Assembly (NCBI GenBank): GCA_030612885.1 | Contig: JAUWMZ010000003.1 | Span: 5,578-69,577 of the forward strand | Direction: 5' to 3' | Length of the DNA: 64,000 nt | Origin: Candidatus Nealsonbacteria bacterium | GTDB lineage: Bacteria; Patescibacteriota; Minisyncoccia; Minisyncoccales; JAGMDC01 | Shown: positions 9,018 through 17,581 of the stretch, one piece after another | Layout: every line of letters begins with the position of its first letter | Numbering within the stretch: the stretch's first letter is position 1 | Made by a program: the position numbers and the translations under genes | Notes under the pieces: generated by a model | What the model saw: the letters and a program-made list of their open reading frames with translations, nothing else | Databases searched by the model: none | What the model was told of the DNA's origin: nothing

Positions 9018-10088
9018 TTAATCGTCGTCTATTAAATCTGTTCTGAACTTTGCATAGATTGGATAATGATCCGAAACATCCCAGACTAATTTTTTGTCAC
9101 TGAGTGTATATTCTTTATCAAAATAAAAAACTGCGGCACTATTACTCATATATTCATGACGAAGCGTAGCATTCATCATAACCATTCTATCATAAGTCCA
9201 GTCAGTTTTAGTCATAGTATCCATATCATTAATAATTACCCAATGGTGTTTGGAGGATTTAAAAGGATTAGTATTATCATTTTCATTAAAATAACTTCCA
9301 TCCGCATTAAAATCTCCCATAACTATAATATCTTTTTCCTTGGGATTCTTTGTTAAAATTGAATCAACGACATCCGCAAGATGACCAATCTCGGAGTCAG
9401 CATCGTCCGGCTTAACGTGAATTCCCACAAGAGTAAAGTCAAAATTTCCACTTCTGAAAGAGGCTATATATGGTTCTCTTTGAAAAACATCGTTTGTATC
9501 GTTATACACATAAGCAGAGCCCTCAATAAATTTTATTTTATCAGTATTATAGAAATAAGCATAAGCTTCTTTGCTGCTTCCCCTGCCAAGCCTTTCACTC
9601 CTTTGAAAAGCATATTTTTGATAACCAGCCGCTTCGTTTATTTTTTGAAGGTAATAAGGAGCGGTTTCTTCTTTTGCGTCTCTAATTTCCTGAACAAGCA
9701 TGACGTCAAATTCTTGGGCGATTCTTTCCAGCACATCCATTACGTTATTTTTTTCTCTTTTCGTTTTTCCAAATATCTGAATATTGAAGGCAGCAACTTT
9801 AATCGGTTTTACTTCCGAACACTTATTATTCTCACATTCACAGCCAAATACTTCGTATATCTCCTGACAATTAATTCCACAAACCTTGTTTTCTAAAACT
9901 TCCGGGGTCTGACCCGCGGGATAACACTTACAATCACAAAGAGAAAGCTCGCATTCATTACTTTGTTCACACTCTTTGTTATCCTCTAATTCTTGTTGAA
10001 AGAACAAAGATAAAAAACTGATAGAAGCTATTATTAAAACAATTATTGAACTTTTTTTCAAGTTGGTTATTTTTTTATTTTTTGACAT
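9018..10088 (-). CDS. membrane-anchored/secreted DNase I-family endonuclease (EEP fold) with N-terminal Cys-rich module
   Basis: N-terminal TM helix, then a Cys-rich segment (CEQSNECELSLCDCKCYP...CGINCQ...GCECENNKC). The remainder aligns by eye with bovine DNase I: VAAFNIQIFGKTK, MLVQEIRD, FQREP, MGDFNADGSY, TYDRMVM, VSDHYPIYA. Confidence 0.88.
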   Translation of the reverse strand: MSKNKKITNLKKSSIIVLIIASISFLSLFFQQELEDNKECEQSNECELSLCDCKCYPAGQTPEVLENKVCGINCQEIYEVFGCECENNKCSEVKPIKVAAFNIQIFGKTKREKNNVMDVLERIAQEFDVMLVQEIRDAKEETAPYYLQKINEAAGYQKYAFQRSERLGRGSSKEAYAYFYNTDKIKFIEGSAYVYNDTNDVFQREPYIASFRSGNFDFTLVGIHVKPDDADSEIGHLADVVDSILTKNPKEKDIIVMGDFNADGSYFNENDNTNPFKSSKHHWVIINDMDTMTKTDWTYDRMVMMNATLRHEYMSNSAAVFYFDKEYTLSDKKLVWDVSDHYPIYAKFRTDLIDDD

Positions 10089-10428
10089 ATTATTTATTAA
10101 CCCGGAAAGTCCTATTCTTATAACAGATTTCTTTTCCGGGAAGTAATTCTACTTTTGGTAGATATGAGTAAACTTCATCTTAGTGTATTATACCTGAATT
10201 TCACTCAAAGACAAAATTTGTACTATATTTGAAACAAGCGAAATCCCATCGGTTTCGTTAACACTGTTGATGTAAAAATGGGGTCAACTCTGTTTTTTAA
10301 GCTGAGGTTGCCAGCGAAAAGCTGGACAATTTTTATTTAAGCTTGACTATTTATTTAAAAAACTCTAGTGTGAAAATGAAAAGGAGGAACAAAGGTCGAG
10401 AATTTAGAATTTAATTGGAATACAAAAA

Positions 10429-11295
10429 ATGAAAAAATTAATTATATCTGCAATTATAATTGTTTCTTTATTAGTAACAGTAGGAACAGTATTCGCAGTA
10501 AAACCTGCTGGGAACCTAGCTGGGGCTGTAAAAGTTCTCTGGAATCTCTCTGGAGAGGTGATGCCTAGTCCGCCTTGGGGATTATCGGATATTCTTGGTT
10601 CTGACACAGCATCAAAGTTGATTGTTAACCAGCCAAATGGTAATACCGAAGTTGCAATTACAGGAGCAATGAATGGTCTACATCCGGATACAACCTACAC
10701 CGTATATCTATCAAACACATACGAACCATACGTTTATATGGGATGGGATATTACAGGTGACTGGGCGTTACGTCTTCATTACGGTAATAGTACTTTTGAT
10801 CATGATGTAGTCATTGATGATGTTCATCTTGACGGAAGTTTTGAAGGTACTGGTGGATATCCAGCTGGGGGTGAGCCATACAGCTATCCCTATAATGAGA
10901 TCATCGCAGGAACAATCGACGTCACGACAGAAGCAGTAACAATCCACTCAGTCTACGAAAATGGTTACTGGTATGAAGCAACAGGAACAATAGCTTCGGA
11001 TGGAACCATGAGTGGAACTTGGAGCGGTAGTGGTCAACCAGGTCCATATACTTGGGAGTCAATTCAGGGTCATGCTACAAAGACTCATACTGGTAGCACA
11101 GGTTGGTCCGGATTGTTTACTAACACAGTGCAACCGTTTACATTCATGACTAATACCTACGGAGCCGGAAGCTGGCATTTGAATCTTAAAGATGCAGACT
11201 TTTTTGGACCAGACACTTATAACCTTTCAGTATGGATAAATGAAAGCGGCGGAACAATGTTGATAAGCGACAGTTTCACAGTAACAGTCGATTGA
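10429..11295 (+). CDS. secreted protein, unknown function
   Basis: Signal peptide MKKLIISAIIIVSLLVTVGTVFA. Gly/Thr/Tyr-rich beta-type composition. Looks more GC-rich than its neighbours by eye. Confidence 0.6.
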   Translation: MKKLIISAIIIVSLLVTVGTVFAVKPAGNLAGAVKVLWNLSGEVMPSPPWGLSDILGSDTASKLIVNQPNGNTEVAITGAMNGLHPDTTYTVYLSNTYEPYVYMGWDITGDWALRLHYGNSTFDHDVVIDDVHLDGSFEGTGGYPAGGEPYSYPYNEIIAGTIDVTTEAVTIHSVYENGYWYEATGTIASDGTMSGTWSGSGQPGPYTWESIQGHATKTHTGSTGWSGLFTNTVQPFTFMTNTYGAGSWHLNLKDADFFGPDTYNLSVWINESGGTMLISDSFTVTVD

Positions 11296-11538
11296 AGAAA
11301 TATTAGCTCTTGCTTTTTCTTGAGCTTACCAAAAAATCGCCAAGCAGGCGGTTTTTTGATAGAATAGAAGAAAAAAAGAAAAAGTTAAGAAACAGAAAAG
11401 AGGAAAAGGTGTCAGGAACCTTTTTTGCAATAATAAAAATGAAGGGGAAAAGGTGTCAGGAGCCTTTTTCTAAATTAATGAATGCTAAAGAGTTAAAAGC
11501 AAAACAAAAGGTCAAAGAAATAATTAAATTAAAATAAA

Positions 11539-12045
11539 ATGAGCAAAATAATGTTAAATATAAAACCATTTCAAGAAACATCAGATAATAGTTGTTGTGG
11601 TCCCGCAACTCTAAAGATTGTGTTTGGTTATTATGGAATAAATAAATCAGAGAAGGAATTGGCTAAAGCGTCCGGATGGGATAAGGATTTAGGCATAGAT
11701 GATAAGGCAATTAAAAAAGTCGCTGAGAAATTAGGATTCAAAGTCAAGATAAAAAATAATAGCACTCTTAAAGATATAGAAAGTTGGTTAAAAAAAGGAG
11801 TTCCTGTAATCGTCAATTGGTTTACAAGAGGCAGAAGCGATTATTCAGACTCCGCTGTTCCAGATGGCCATTATTCTGTTGTTGCAGGTTTAGATGATAA
11901 GTTTATTTACCTCCAAGATCCGGAAATAGGAAAAATAAGAAAACTGGATAGGGAAGATTTTCTGGCAGTTTGGTTTGATTTTACGGGCAAACATATAAAA
12001 CCGAACGCATTGATTATCAGACAAATCATTGCAATATACAAATAA
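11539..12045 (+). CDS. stand-alone peptidase C39-like (papain-fold) domain protein
   Basis: Catalytic Cys context QETSDNSCCGPATLKIV and His context PDGHYSVVAGLDD, typical of C39 bacteriocin-processing peptidase-like domains. No ABC domain is fused. Confidence 0.75.
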   Translation: MSKIMLNIKPFQETSDNSCCGPATLKIVFGYYGINKSEKELAKASGWDKDLGIDDKAIKKVAEKLGFKVKIKNNSTLKDIESWLKKGVPVIVNWFTRGRSDYSDSAVPDGHYSVVAGLDDKFIYLQDPEIGKIRKLDREDFLAVWFDFTGKHIKPNALIIRQIIAIYK

Positions 12046-12184
12046 CATATGTGCGAAAATTACTAGACACAAACACCGGGTGTTTGTAAATTAAAATTTA
12101 TGGCAATAATCAAAATGTAGAGCGAGGTCTGTCCTTGCTCTGTTTTGTCTTGTAAAAATTGAATTTTTTGTTAGAATAAAATAT

Positions 12185-13795
12185 ATGTCTAAAAGAAATA
12201 TCATTATCATAGCCGTTATATTGATAGTCGTTGCTTTATTCGGCTATCAGAAATTCTTTAAGGAGGCAGAAATGCCTTTTACTTTGGCTGAAGTTGTAAG
12301 AGGAGATATTTCCCAGGAAATTTCTGAAACCGGTGAAATAAAAAAAGGAGAAGAAATCAATCTTAGTTTCAAAAGCACAGGCATTATTGAGAAAATATAT
12401 GTTGATAAAGGCGATATAGTTGAGAAAGGCGCTTCTTTAATAAAAATAGATGACAGCCAGTTTCAAATTCAGCTTAAAGAAGCTCAAGCTGGATTAGATT
12501 CATATCAGGCAAAGCTGGATAAATTATTAGCCGGTTCCAGTCCTGAAGAAATTCAAGTTGCTGAAACAACAGTTATTAATGCTCAAATTTCTTTAGAAAA
12601 TGCCAGAAGAAATTTAGAAGATGTAAAAACAGAAGCAGAAGAAGATATTAATCAGGACTATGAAGATTCTTTAAATGTTTTAGATGATTCTGAATTAAAA
12701 ATTTATAATGCTTTTAATACTGCAGATTCAATTCAAAGAACTTATTTTACTTCTAATGACCAGGAAAGCATTAAAGTGAAAGAAAACAGAGATAGAATAG
12801 AAACAGCTTTGAATAGAATAAATCCTTATCTTGATAAAGCAAAGGCGGATTCTAAAAATGAAGACATTGATACTGCTCTTTCAGAAATGAAACAAGCGCT
12901 TGAGGATACCTATGATGCTCTAAAGATTATTCGAGAAATCTGTGAAGAACCGCTTTATCGCGGCACTGTTTCTTCTACTGATAAATCTTCTCTGGATACC
13001 CACCGTGGATATATTAATACTGCCTTAACCAGTACCGTGAATTCCCAGCAAACCATTTCTTCTACCAAACTAACTAATGAGTCAAATATTAATACTGCCC
13101 AGGCCAGTGTTTCTTCAGCTGAAGGAACATTAAGAGCAGCTGAAGATAATTTAGCTTTATTAAAAGCTGATCCTCGGCAGGAAGATATTGATTTATATCA
13201 AGCCCAAGTCAACCAGGCAAAAGCCAAAACCCAGCTTTTAAACGAGCAAATTCAGGAAACAATTTTAAGGAGTCCTACTGATGCGCAGATTACCAAGATA
13301 CATAAAAAAGTAAAAGAAATGGCGCAGCCATCATTGCAAGATCCTGTAATTTCTTTGCTGTCGCTTGCCTTATTTGAAATAGAGGTAGATATTTATGAAG
13401 AAGATGTAGTAAAAATGGATATTGGCAACCCTGTAGACATTTCTTTAATTGCTTTTCCCGGTCAGATTTTTCAAGGAGAGGTAATATCAATTGATCCAGC
13501 ACAAGAGATTATTGACGGAGTGGTTTATTATAAGGCATTTATCGATCCCGGAGAAATTCCAGACCAGGTTAAGCCTGGAATGACTGCCGACTTAATTATT
13601 AAAACTGCATTCAAGAAAAATGTATTAATTATTCCTGAAGATGGAATCCAATACAAAGAAGGTAAAAAGATAGTTAAAGTTTTTAAAGACGGTTCAATAG
13701 AAGAAAGGGAAATTATTATTGGACTTCAAGGCAGTGATTATATAGTTGAGGTTGTATCTGGTTTAGAAGAAGGTGAGAATATTGTTTTACCATAA
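12185..13795 (+). CDS. HlyD/MacA-type membrane fusion (periplasmic adaptor) protein with very long coiled coil
   Basis: N-terminal TM helix, a lipoyl-like segment (GEIKKGEEINLSFKSTGIIEKIYVDKGDIVEKGASLIKID), about 250 aa of heptad-rich helix, and a C-terminal beta-barrel (GMTADLIIK). Confidence 0.8.
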   Translation: MSKRNIIIIAVILIVVALFGYQKFFKEAEMPFTLAEVVRGDISQEISETGEIKKGEEINLSFKSTGIIEKIYVDKGDIVEKGASLIKIDDSQFQIQLKEAQAGLDSYQAKLDKLLAGSSPEEIQVAETTVINAQISLENARRNLEDVKTEAEEDINQDYEDSLNVLDDSELKIYNAFNTADSIQRTYFTSNDQESIKVKENRDRIETALNRINPYLDKAKADSKNEDIDTALSEMKQALEDTYDALKIIREICEEPLYRGTVSSTDKSSLDTHRGYINTALTSTVNSQQTISSTKLTNESNINTAQASVSSAEGTLRAAEDNLALLKADPRQEDIDLYQAQVNQAKAKTQLLNEQIQETILRSPTDAQITKIHKKVKEMAQPSLQDPVISLLSLALFEIEVDIYEEDVVKMDIGNPVDISLIAFPGQIFQGEVISIDPAQEIIDGVVYYKAFIDPGEIPDQVKPGMTADLIIKTAFKKNVLIIPEDGIQYKEGKKIVKVFKDGSIEEREIIIGLQGSDYIVEVVSGLEEGENIVLP

Positions 13796-14511
13796 TGGAA
13801 AAACCCATTATTAAATTAGAAAATGTCTGGAAGACTTATAAATTAGGCAAAGTTGACCTTAATGCTATTAAGGGGATAGACCTGGAAGTTTTTCCAGGTT
13901 CTTTTGTAACTATAATGGGCGCTTCAGGGTCTGGAAAATCTACTCTCTTAAACATCATGGGTTGTTTAGACACTCCAACTAAAGGCAGGGTTTTTTTAAA
14001 AAACAAAGATACTTCTACGCTTTCTGAAGATCAGCTGTCCCAACTTAGGGGCAAAACAATTGGTTTTATCTTTCAGGAATTTAATTTGTTGCCTAATCTT
14101 AATGCTTTAGAGAATGTGATGCTGCCAATGGTTTTTCAGGGAGTGCCGTTAGAAGAGAGAAAAAAACGGGCAAAGCAGCTTTTAATCTCAATGCATTTAG
14201 GAGAAAGAATTTTTCACCAGCCAGCCGAACTTTCCGGAGGCGAACGACAAAGGGTGGCTACAGCCCGGGCTTTTGCCAATAATCCAGAGTTAGTAATAGC
14301 TGATGAGCCTACCGGGAATTTGGATTCAACAACCGGAAAAAGAATAATGGAAGTTTTGACAAATTTGCACAAAGAACAAGGAAGAACCATAATAGTTGTT
14401 ACCCATGATCCAAATATTGCCAGCTATACTGAAGAAATAATTAATATTAAAGACGGTGAAATAGTCGCTAATCATAAGCAAACAGATAAGGTTTTATGGA
14501 ACAAACAATAG
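13795..14511 (+). CDS. ABC transporter ATP-binding protein (MacB/LolD type)
   Basis: Walker A GASGSGKST, Q-loop, signature LSGGERQRVATARA, Walker B LVIADEPTGNLD. Confidence 0.92.
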   Translation: MEKPIIKLENVWKTYKLGKVDLNAIKGIDLEVFPGSFVTIMGASGSGKSTLLNIMGCLDTPTKGRVFLKNKDTSTLSEDQLSQLRGKTIGFIFQEFNLLPNLNALENVMLPMVFQGVPLEERKKRAKQLLISMHLGERIFHQPAELSGGERQRVATARAFANNPELVIADEPTGNLDSTTGKRIMEVLTNLHKEQGRTIIVVTHDPNIASYTEEIINIKDGEIVANHKQTDKVLWNKQ

Positions 14512-15737
14512 AACAAATAAAAGAATATTTTTATATCGCCGTAAGAAACATAAGAACCAGACGCTTAAGAAGTTTCTTGACCGTTTTAGGTATTGTTATT
14601 GGCGTGTTTTTAATAATTTCCTTGCTTTCTTTAAGCGAAGGATTGAAAACAACAATTAATCAGCAATTGCAGGCAATGGGCGGGGAAATGGTTATAGTAA
14701 TGCCCGGAGGCGAGGGAGATATTCTTACCAGCATGATGTTTGGCGGCGCAAAGCTAGAAAAACAAGATATTGAAGCTATTAAAAAAGCAGAAGGCGTAGA
14801 TATGGTTTTGGGATATTCTTTTACCGGGACCGTGGCCAGATATAAAGATGAATCAAAACAAATTGCTATGTGCGGCTACGAACCTTGGAAAGAAGGTTTG
14901 GATATTTTGAGTGTTTTTCAGGGTTGGAGTTTAGCGGAAGGAAGATGGCCCAGCAAGAGAAATCAGATTTTAATCGGTCAATATATAGCTAATGAAATTT
15001 TTTCAAAAAAGATAAGGGCAGGTTCGGAGATAGTAATAAAAGGAAAAAAGTTTGAGGTGGCCGGAATATTAAATTCCTTGGGAAGCCAGCAGGATGACAG
15101 CATGGTTTATATGGATATGAAGGTATATCAAGATTTAACCGGAGAAAAACGCGGCACTGCCGCGTATGCGATAGTTAAGCTTGAGGAAGGAGCAGACGAA
15201 AATGCGGTGAAAACAAATATTGAAGCCAGTCTTGAGAAGACAAGAAAAAGAAGGGCTGGAACAGATGTTGCTGATTTTAGTGTAATTACTTCAGAAAAAA
15301 TGGGTGAGCTAGTAGGTACTATTTTAGGCATAATTCAGATTGTTATTATTGGATTTGCCAGTATTGCCATTCTTGTGGGCGGTATTGGAATTACAAACAG
15401 TATGTTCACTTCAGTTAGAGAGAGAACTAAAGAGATTGGCATTATGAAAGCGATTGGAGCTAAAAATTCAGCAATTCTGACGATCTTTTTAATTGAAGCG
15501 GGAATAGTAGGGATTTTGGGAGGCGTAGGCGGGGTATTGCTTGGCAGTATTCTTGCCAAAGCAATTAATTATTATGGCCAGATTAATCCCACCTTTTATT
15601 TCACCACAACCATTTCTCCTTGGATGGTTATTTTTGCTTTAATTTTTTCTTTTTCTATAGGATGTTTAGCGGGATTTCTCCCGGCCAGGGCAGCTGCTAA
15701 ACTTAAACCTGTTGAGGCGTTAAGGAGCTATGAGTAA
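14496..15737 (+). CDS. ABC transporter permease, FtsX/MacB family
   Basis: TM1, a large extracytoplasmic domain, then three C-terminal TM helices with the FtsX-like motif (SVRERTKEIGIMKAIGA). Confidence 0.88.
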   Translation: MEQTIEQIKEYFYIAVRNIRTRRLRSFLTVLGIVIGVFLIISLLSLSEGLKTTINQQLQAMGGEMVIVMPGGEGDILTSMMFGGAKLEKQDIEAIKKAEGVDMVLGYSFTGTVARYKDESKQIAMCGYEPWKEGLDILSVFQGWSLAEGRWPSKRNQILIGQYIANEIFSKKIRAGSEIVIKGKKFEVAGILNSLGSQQDDSMVYMDMKVYQDLTGEKRGTAAYAIVKLEEGADENAVKTNIEASLEKTRKRRAGTDVADFSVITSEKMGELVGTILGIIQIVIIGFASIAILVGGIGITNSMFTSVRERTKEIGIMKAIGAKNSAILTIFLIEAGIVGILGGVGGVLLGSILAKAINYYGQINPTFYFTTTISPWMVIFALIFSFSIGCLAGFLPARAAAKLKPVEALRSYE

Positions 15738-16377
15738 TTTAATAGATAATTTAATTGAACAAGGGTGGCTGAAGACGCCGAGAATTATTGAAGCATTTAG
15801 GAAAATCAAAAGAAAGGATTTTTTGCCAGAGAACGCCAAGCATTTATCTGAATTAAATGAGGCCCTGCCTATTGGTTTTGGCCAGACAATTTCCCAACCT
15901 CTGGTTGTGGCTTTTATGATGGAGAAGCTAGAGCCAGATGTAGGTGATAGAGTTTTGGATATTGGCTCTGGCTCTGGCTGGACAACCGCGCTTTTAGCAG
16001 AAATTGTAGGGAAAGGAAAAACCCTGCCCGCCGGCAGGCAGGGAAAGGTTTTTTCTTTTGAAATTATTCCTGAACTTATGGAGTTTGGCAAAAAAAATGT
16101 AGAGAAATATAATTTCTTAGAGAAAGGGATTGTAAAATTCTTTTGTGATGACGGCTCCAAAGGATATAGAGAAAAAGCGCCGTATGATAAGATTTTGGTT
16201 TCAGCAGCATTGCATAAAGAACTTCCTCAAGCCTGGAAAAGGCAGCTTGAAGTTCAAGGCAGAATTGTTGTGCCGATTGGTTCTTCAATCTGGCTTTTTG
16301 TTAAAAAATCAGAAGATGAATTTCAACAATACGAATATCCCGGCTTCGCTTTCGTCCCGTTAGTCAGTAAAGAGTAG
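15730..16377 (+). CDS. pcm: protein-L-isoaspartate O-methyltransferase
   Basis: GFGQTISQPLVVAFMME...VLDIGSGSGWTTALLAEIVG. Carries a GC-rich palindromic insert at 16022-16043 encoding part of KGKTLPAGRQGK. Confidence 0.85.
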   Translation: MSNLIDNLIEQGWLKTPRIIEAFRKIKRKDFLPENAKHLSELNEALPIGFGQTISQPLVVAFMMEKLEPDVGDRVLDIGSGSGWTTALLAEIVGKGKTLPAGRQGKVFSFEIIPELMEFGKKNVEKYNFLEKGIVKFFCDDGSKGYREKAPYDKILVSAALHKELPQAWKRQLEVQGRIVVPIGSSIWLFVKKSEDEFQQYEYPGFAFVPLVSKE

Positions 16378-16386
16378 AGTGCCTAT

Positions 16387-16409
16387 CTGTTGATATCAAA
16401 CATCAACAG
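16387..16409 (+). repeat. hairpin of the GAT-(A/G)TCAAAC-ATC family
   Basis: CTGTTGAT-atcaaac-ATCAACAG, 10 nt after the pcm stop codon. Confidence 0.65.
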
Positions 16410-16490
16410 CCACATCATTTCCGGCTTAAACAAAGGCGACAAGGTTATTGCTTTCATCAAAGAAAAGTAATTTGACATTTAAATTAACCT

Positions 16491-16518
16491 ATGTTAACTT
16501 AAAATAAACAGTTAACAT
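16491..16518 (+). promoter_or_regulatory. inverted repeat ATGTTAAC-N12-GTTAACAT, likely operator of the HTH-Doc operon
   Basis: Two GTTAAC palindromes in a perfect 8-bp inverted repeat, ending 5 nt before the antitoxin ATG. Confidence 0.5.
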
Positions 16519-16522
16519 AATA

Positions 16523-16780
16523 ATGAAAAGCAAAAGATTTTTATCTACAATTGAATTAGCTAAAATTCTTGGTATTAGCCGAATAGCCGTTTTTAAAAAA
16601 ATTAAGAAAGGCGAAATTAAAGCAGTAAAAGTCGGTCGCAATTTTGTTATTGATAAAAAAGATTTAGGAGGAATTTTAGAGAAATCCTTAAATAAAAAAG
16701 CAAGGATAGATATTGATAAAGCAGTTAAAAGAGTAATTAAAGAATATGCAGAGGCGTTAAAATTACTTGGGACAACATGA
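16523..16780 (+). CDS. excisionase/MerR-type helix-turn-helix protein, probable antitoxin
   Basis: LSTIELAKILGISRIAVFKKIKKGEIKAVKVGRNFVI is an excisionase-family HTH. Its stop overlaps the Doc start (ATGA). Confidence 0.75.
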   Translation: MKSKRFLSTIELAKILGISRIAVFKKIKKGEIKAVKVGRNFVIDKKDLGGILEKSLNKKARIDIDKAVKRVIKEYAEALKLLGTT

Positions 16781-17199
16781 TTAAATCATTATCCATTGCT
16801 GAGGTTGAATATACTGCGTTTAGATTAGCGAGAGAATTAATGACATATGATGAGCCAATTCCTGATTTTACTACCCGCTTTCCTAATATTTTAGAAAGTT
16901 GCCTTGTAGTTCCTTTCCAAAGATTTGATAAAAAACCGCTCTATAGAGGAATTGTAGGAAAAGGAGCAATTCTTTTTTATTTAATGGTTAAAAATCACCC
17001 TTTTCAGAATGGAAATAAAAGGATCGCAATTACTACTTTATTTGTTTTTCTTCATAAAAATGAAAAGTGGCTAAAAGTTGATAATAAAGAACTTTACAAT
17101 TTTGCAGTTTGGGTTGCTGAAAGCCCGGCAAAATTAAAAAAAGAGGTGGTCTTAGCGACTGAACACTTCCTAAAAACTTATTTAATAATTTTGAAATAA
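16777..17199 (+). CDS. doc: Doc (death-on-curing) Fic-fold toxin
   Basis: Doc-type Fic motif HPFQNGNKRIAITT. About 140 aa, translationally coupled to the upstream HTH gene. Confidence 0.85.
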   Translation: MIKSLSIAEVEYTAFRLARELMTYDEPIPDFTTRFPNILESCLVVPFQRFDKKPLYRGIVGKGAILFYLMVKNHPFQNGNKRIAITTLFVFLHKNEKWLKVDNKELYNFAVWVAESPAKLKKEVVLATEHFLKTYLIILK

Positions 17200-17281
17200 T
17201 TTGAATCCTATGAAAAAATTTGAAAGAGAACCAAAAGTTGAAATAAGGAAAGAGGAAGAGAGATAAGAAAGAAAACAAGAG

Positions 17282-17309
17282 TTGACAGGGTTTTTTGGTA
17301 ATCTATAAT
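17282..17309 (+). promoter_or_regulatory. consensus sigma70-type promoter TTGACA-N16-TATAAT
   Basis: TTGACA at 17282-17287 and TATAAT at 17304-17309. The ATG of a small ORF is 9 nt downstream of the -10 element. Confidence 0.6.
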
Positions 17310-17317
17310 AGAAATGT

Positions 17318-17494
17318 ATGAGAATAATAAAGTGTGATTTATGCAAAAAGATAATAAAAGATGAACCCATAACTGCTGGTGTTGGCTTTTTTCCCAATGT
17401 AGAATTATGTGAAAAATGCGGTTCCTCTATTTTGAAATTCTTAAAGAAACATAAATTCATAGAATCGAAAAACACAAAAAATAAACAAAATTAG
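17318..17494 (+). CDS. 58-aa CxxC...CxxC zinc-ribbon-like protein (below the ORF-track cutoff)
   Basis: MRIIKCDLCKKIIKDEPITAGVGFFPNVELCEKCGSSILKFLKKHKF... Lies between a consensus promoter and the terminator at 17545. The mRNA would be nearly leaderless. Confidence 0.55.
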   Translation: MRIIKCDLCKKIIKDEPITAGVGFFPNVELCEKCGSSILKFLKKHKFIESKNTKNKQN

Positions 17495-17544
17495 GAGTTA
17501 ACTTAGAATACTAATCTGCTTTGTAATGTTTAAATTTGCTTTTT

Positions 17545-17567
17545 ACCCGAGATTTTTCTCGGGTTTT
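17545..17567 (+). terminator. intrinsic terminator
   Basis: ACCCGAGA-tttt-TCTCGGGT followed by TTTA. Confidence 0.6.
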
Positions 17568-17581
17568 ATGATAAAATAACT

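Noticed and set aside
11310-11537. 75-aa ORF between the secreted protein and the C39-like peptidase, considered as a possible leader-peptide substrate.
   Set aside because: It has a TTG start, a Lys/Arg-rich low-complexity product and no double-glycine motif. The region contains two tandem hairpin-plus-T-run elements that it would have to read through.
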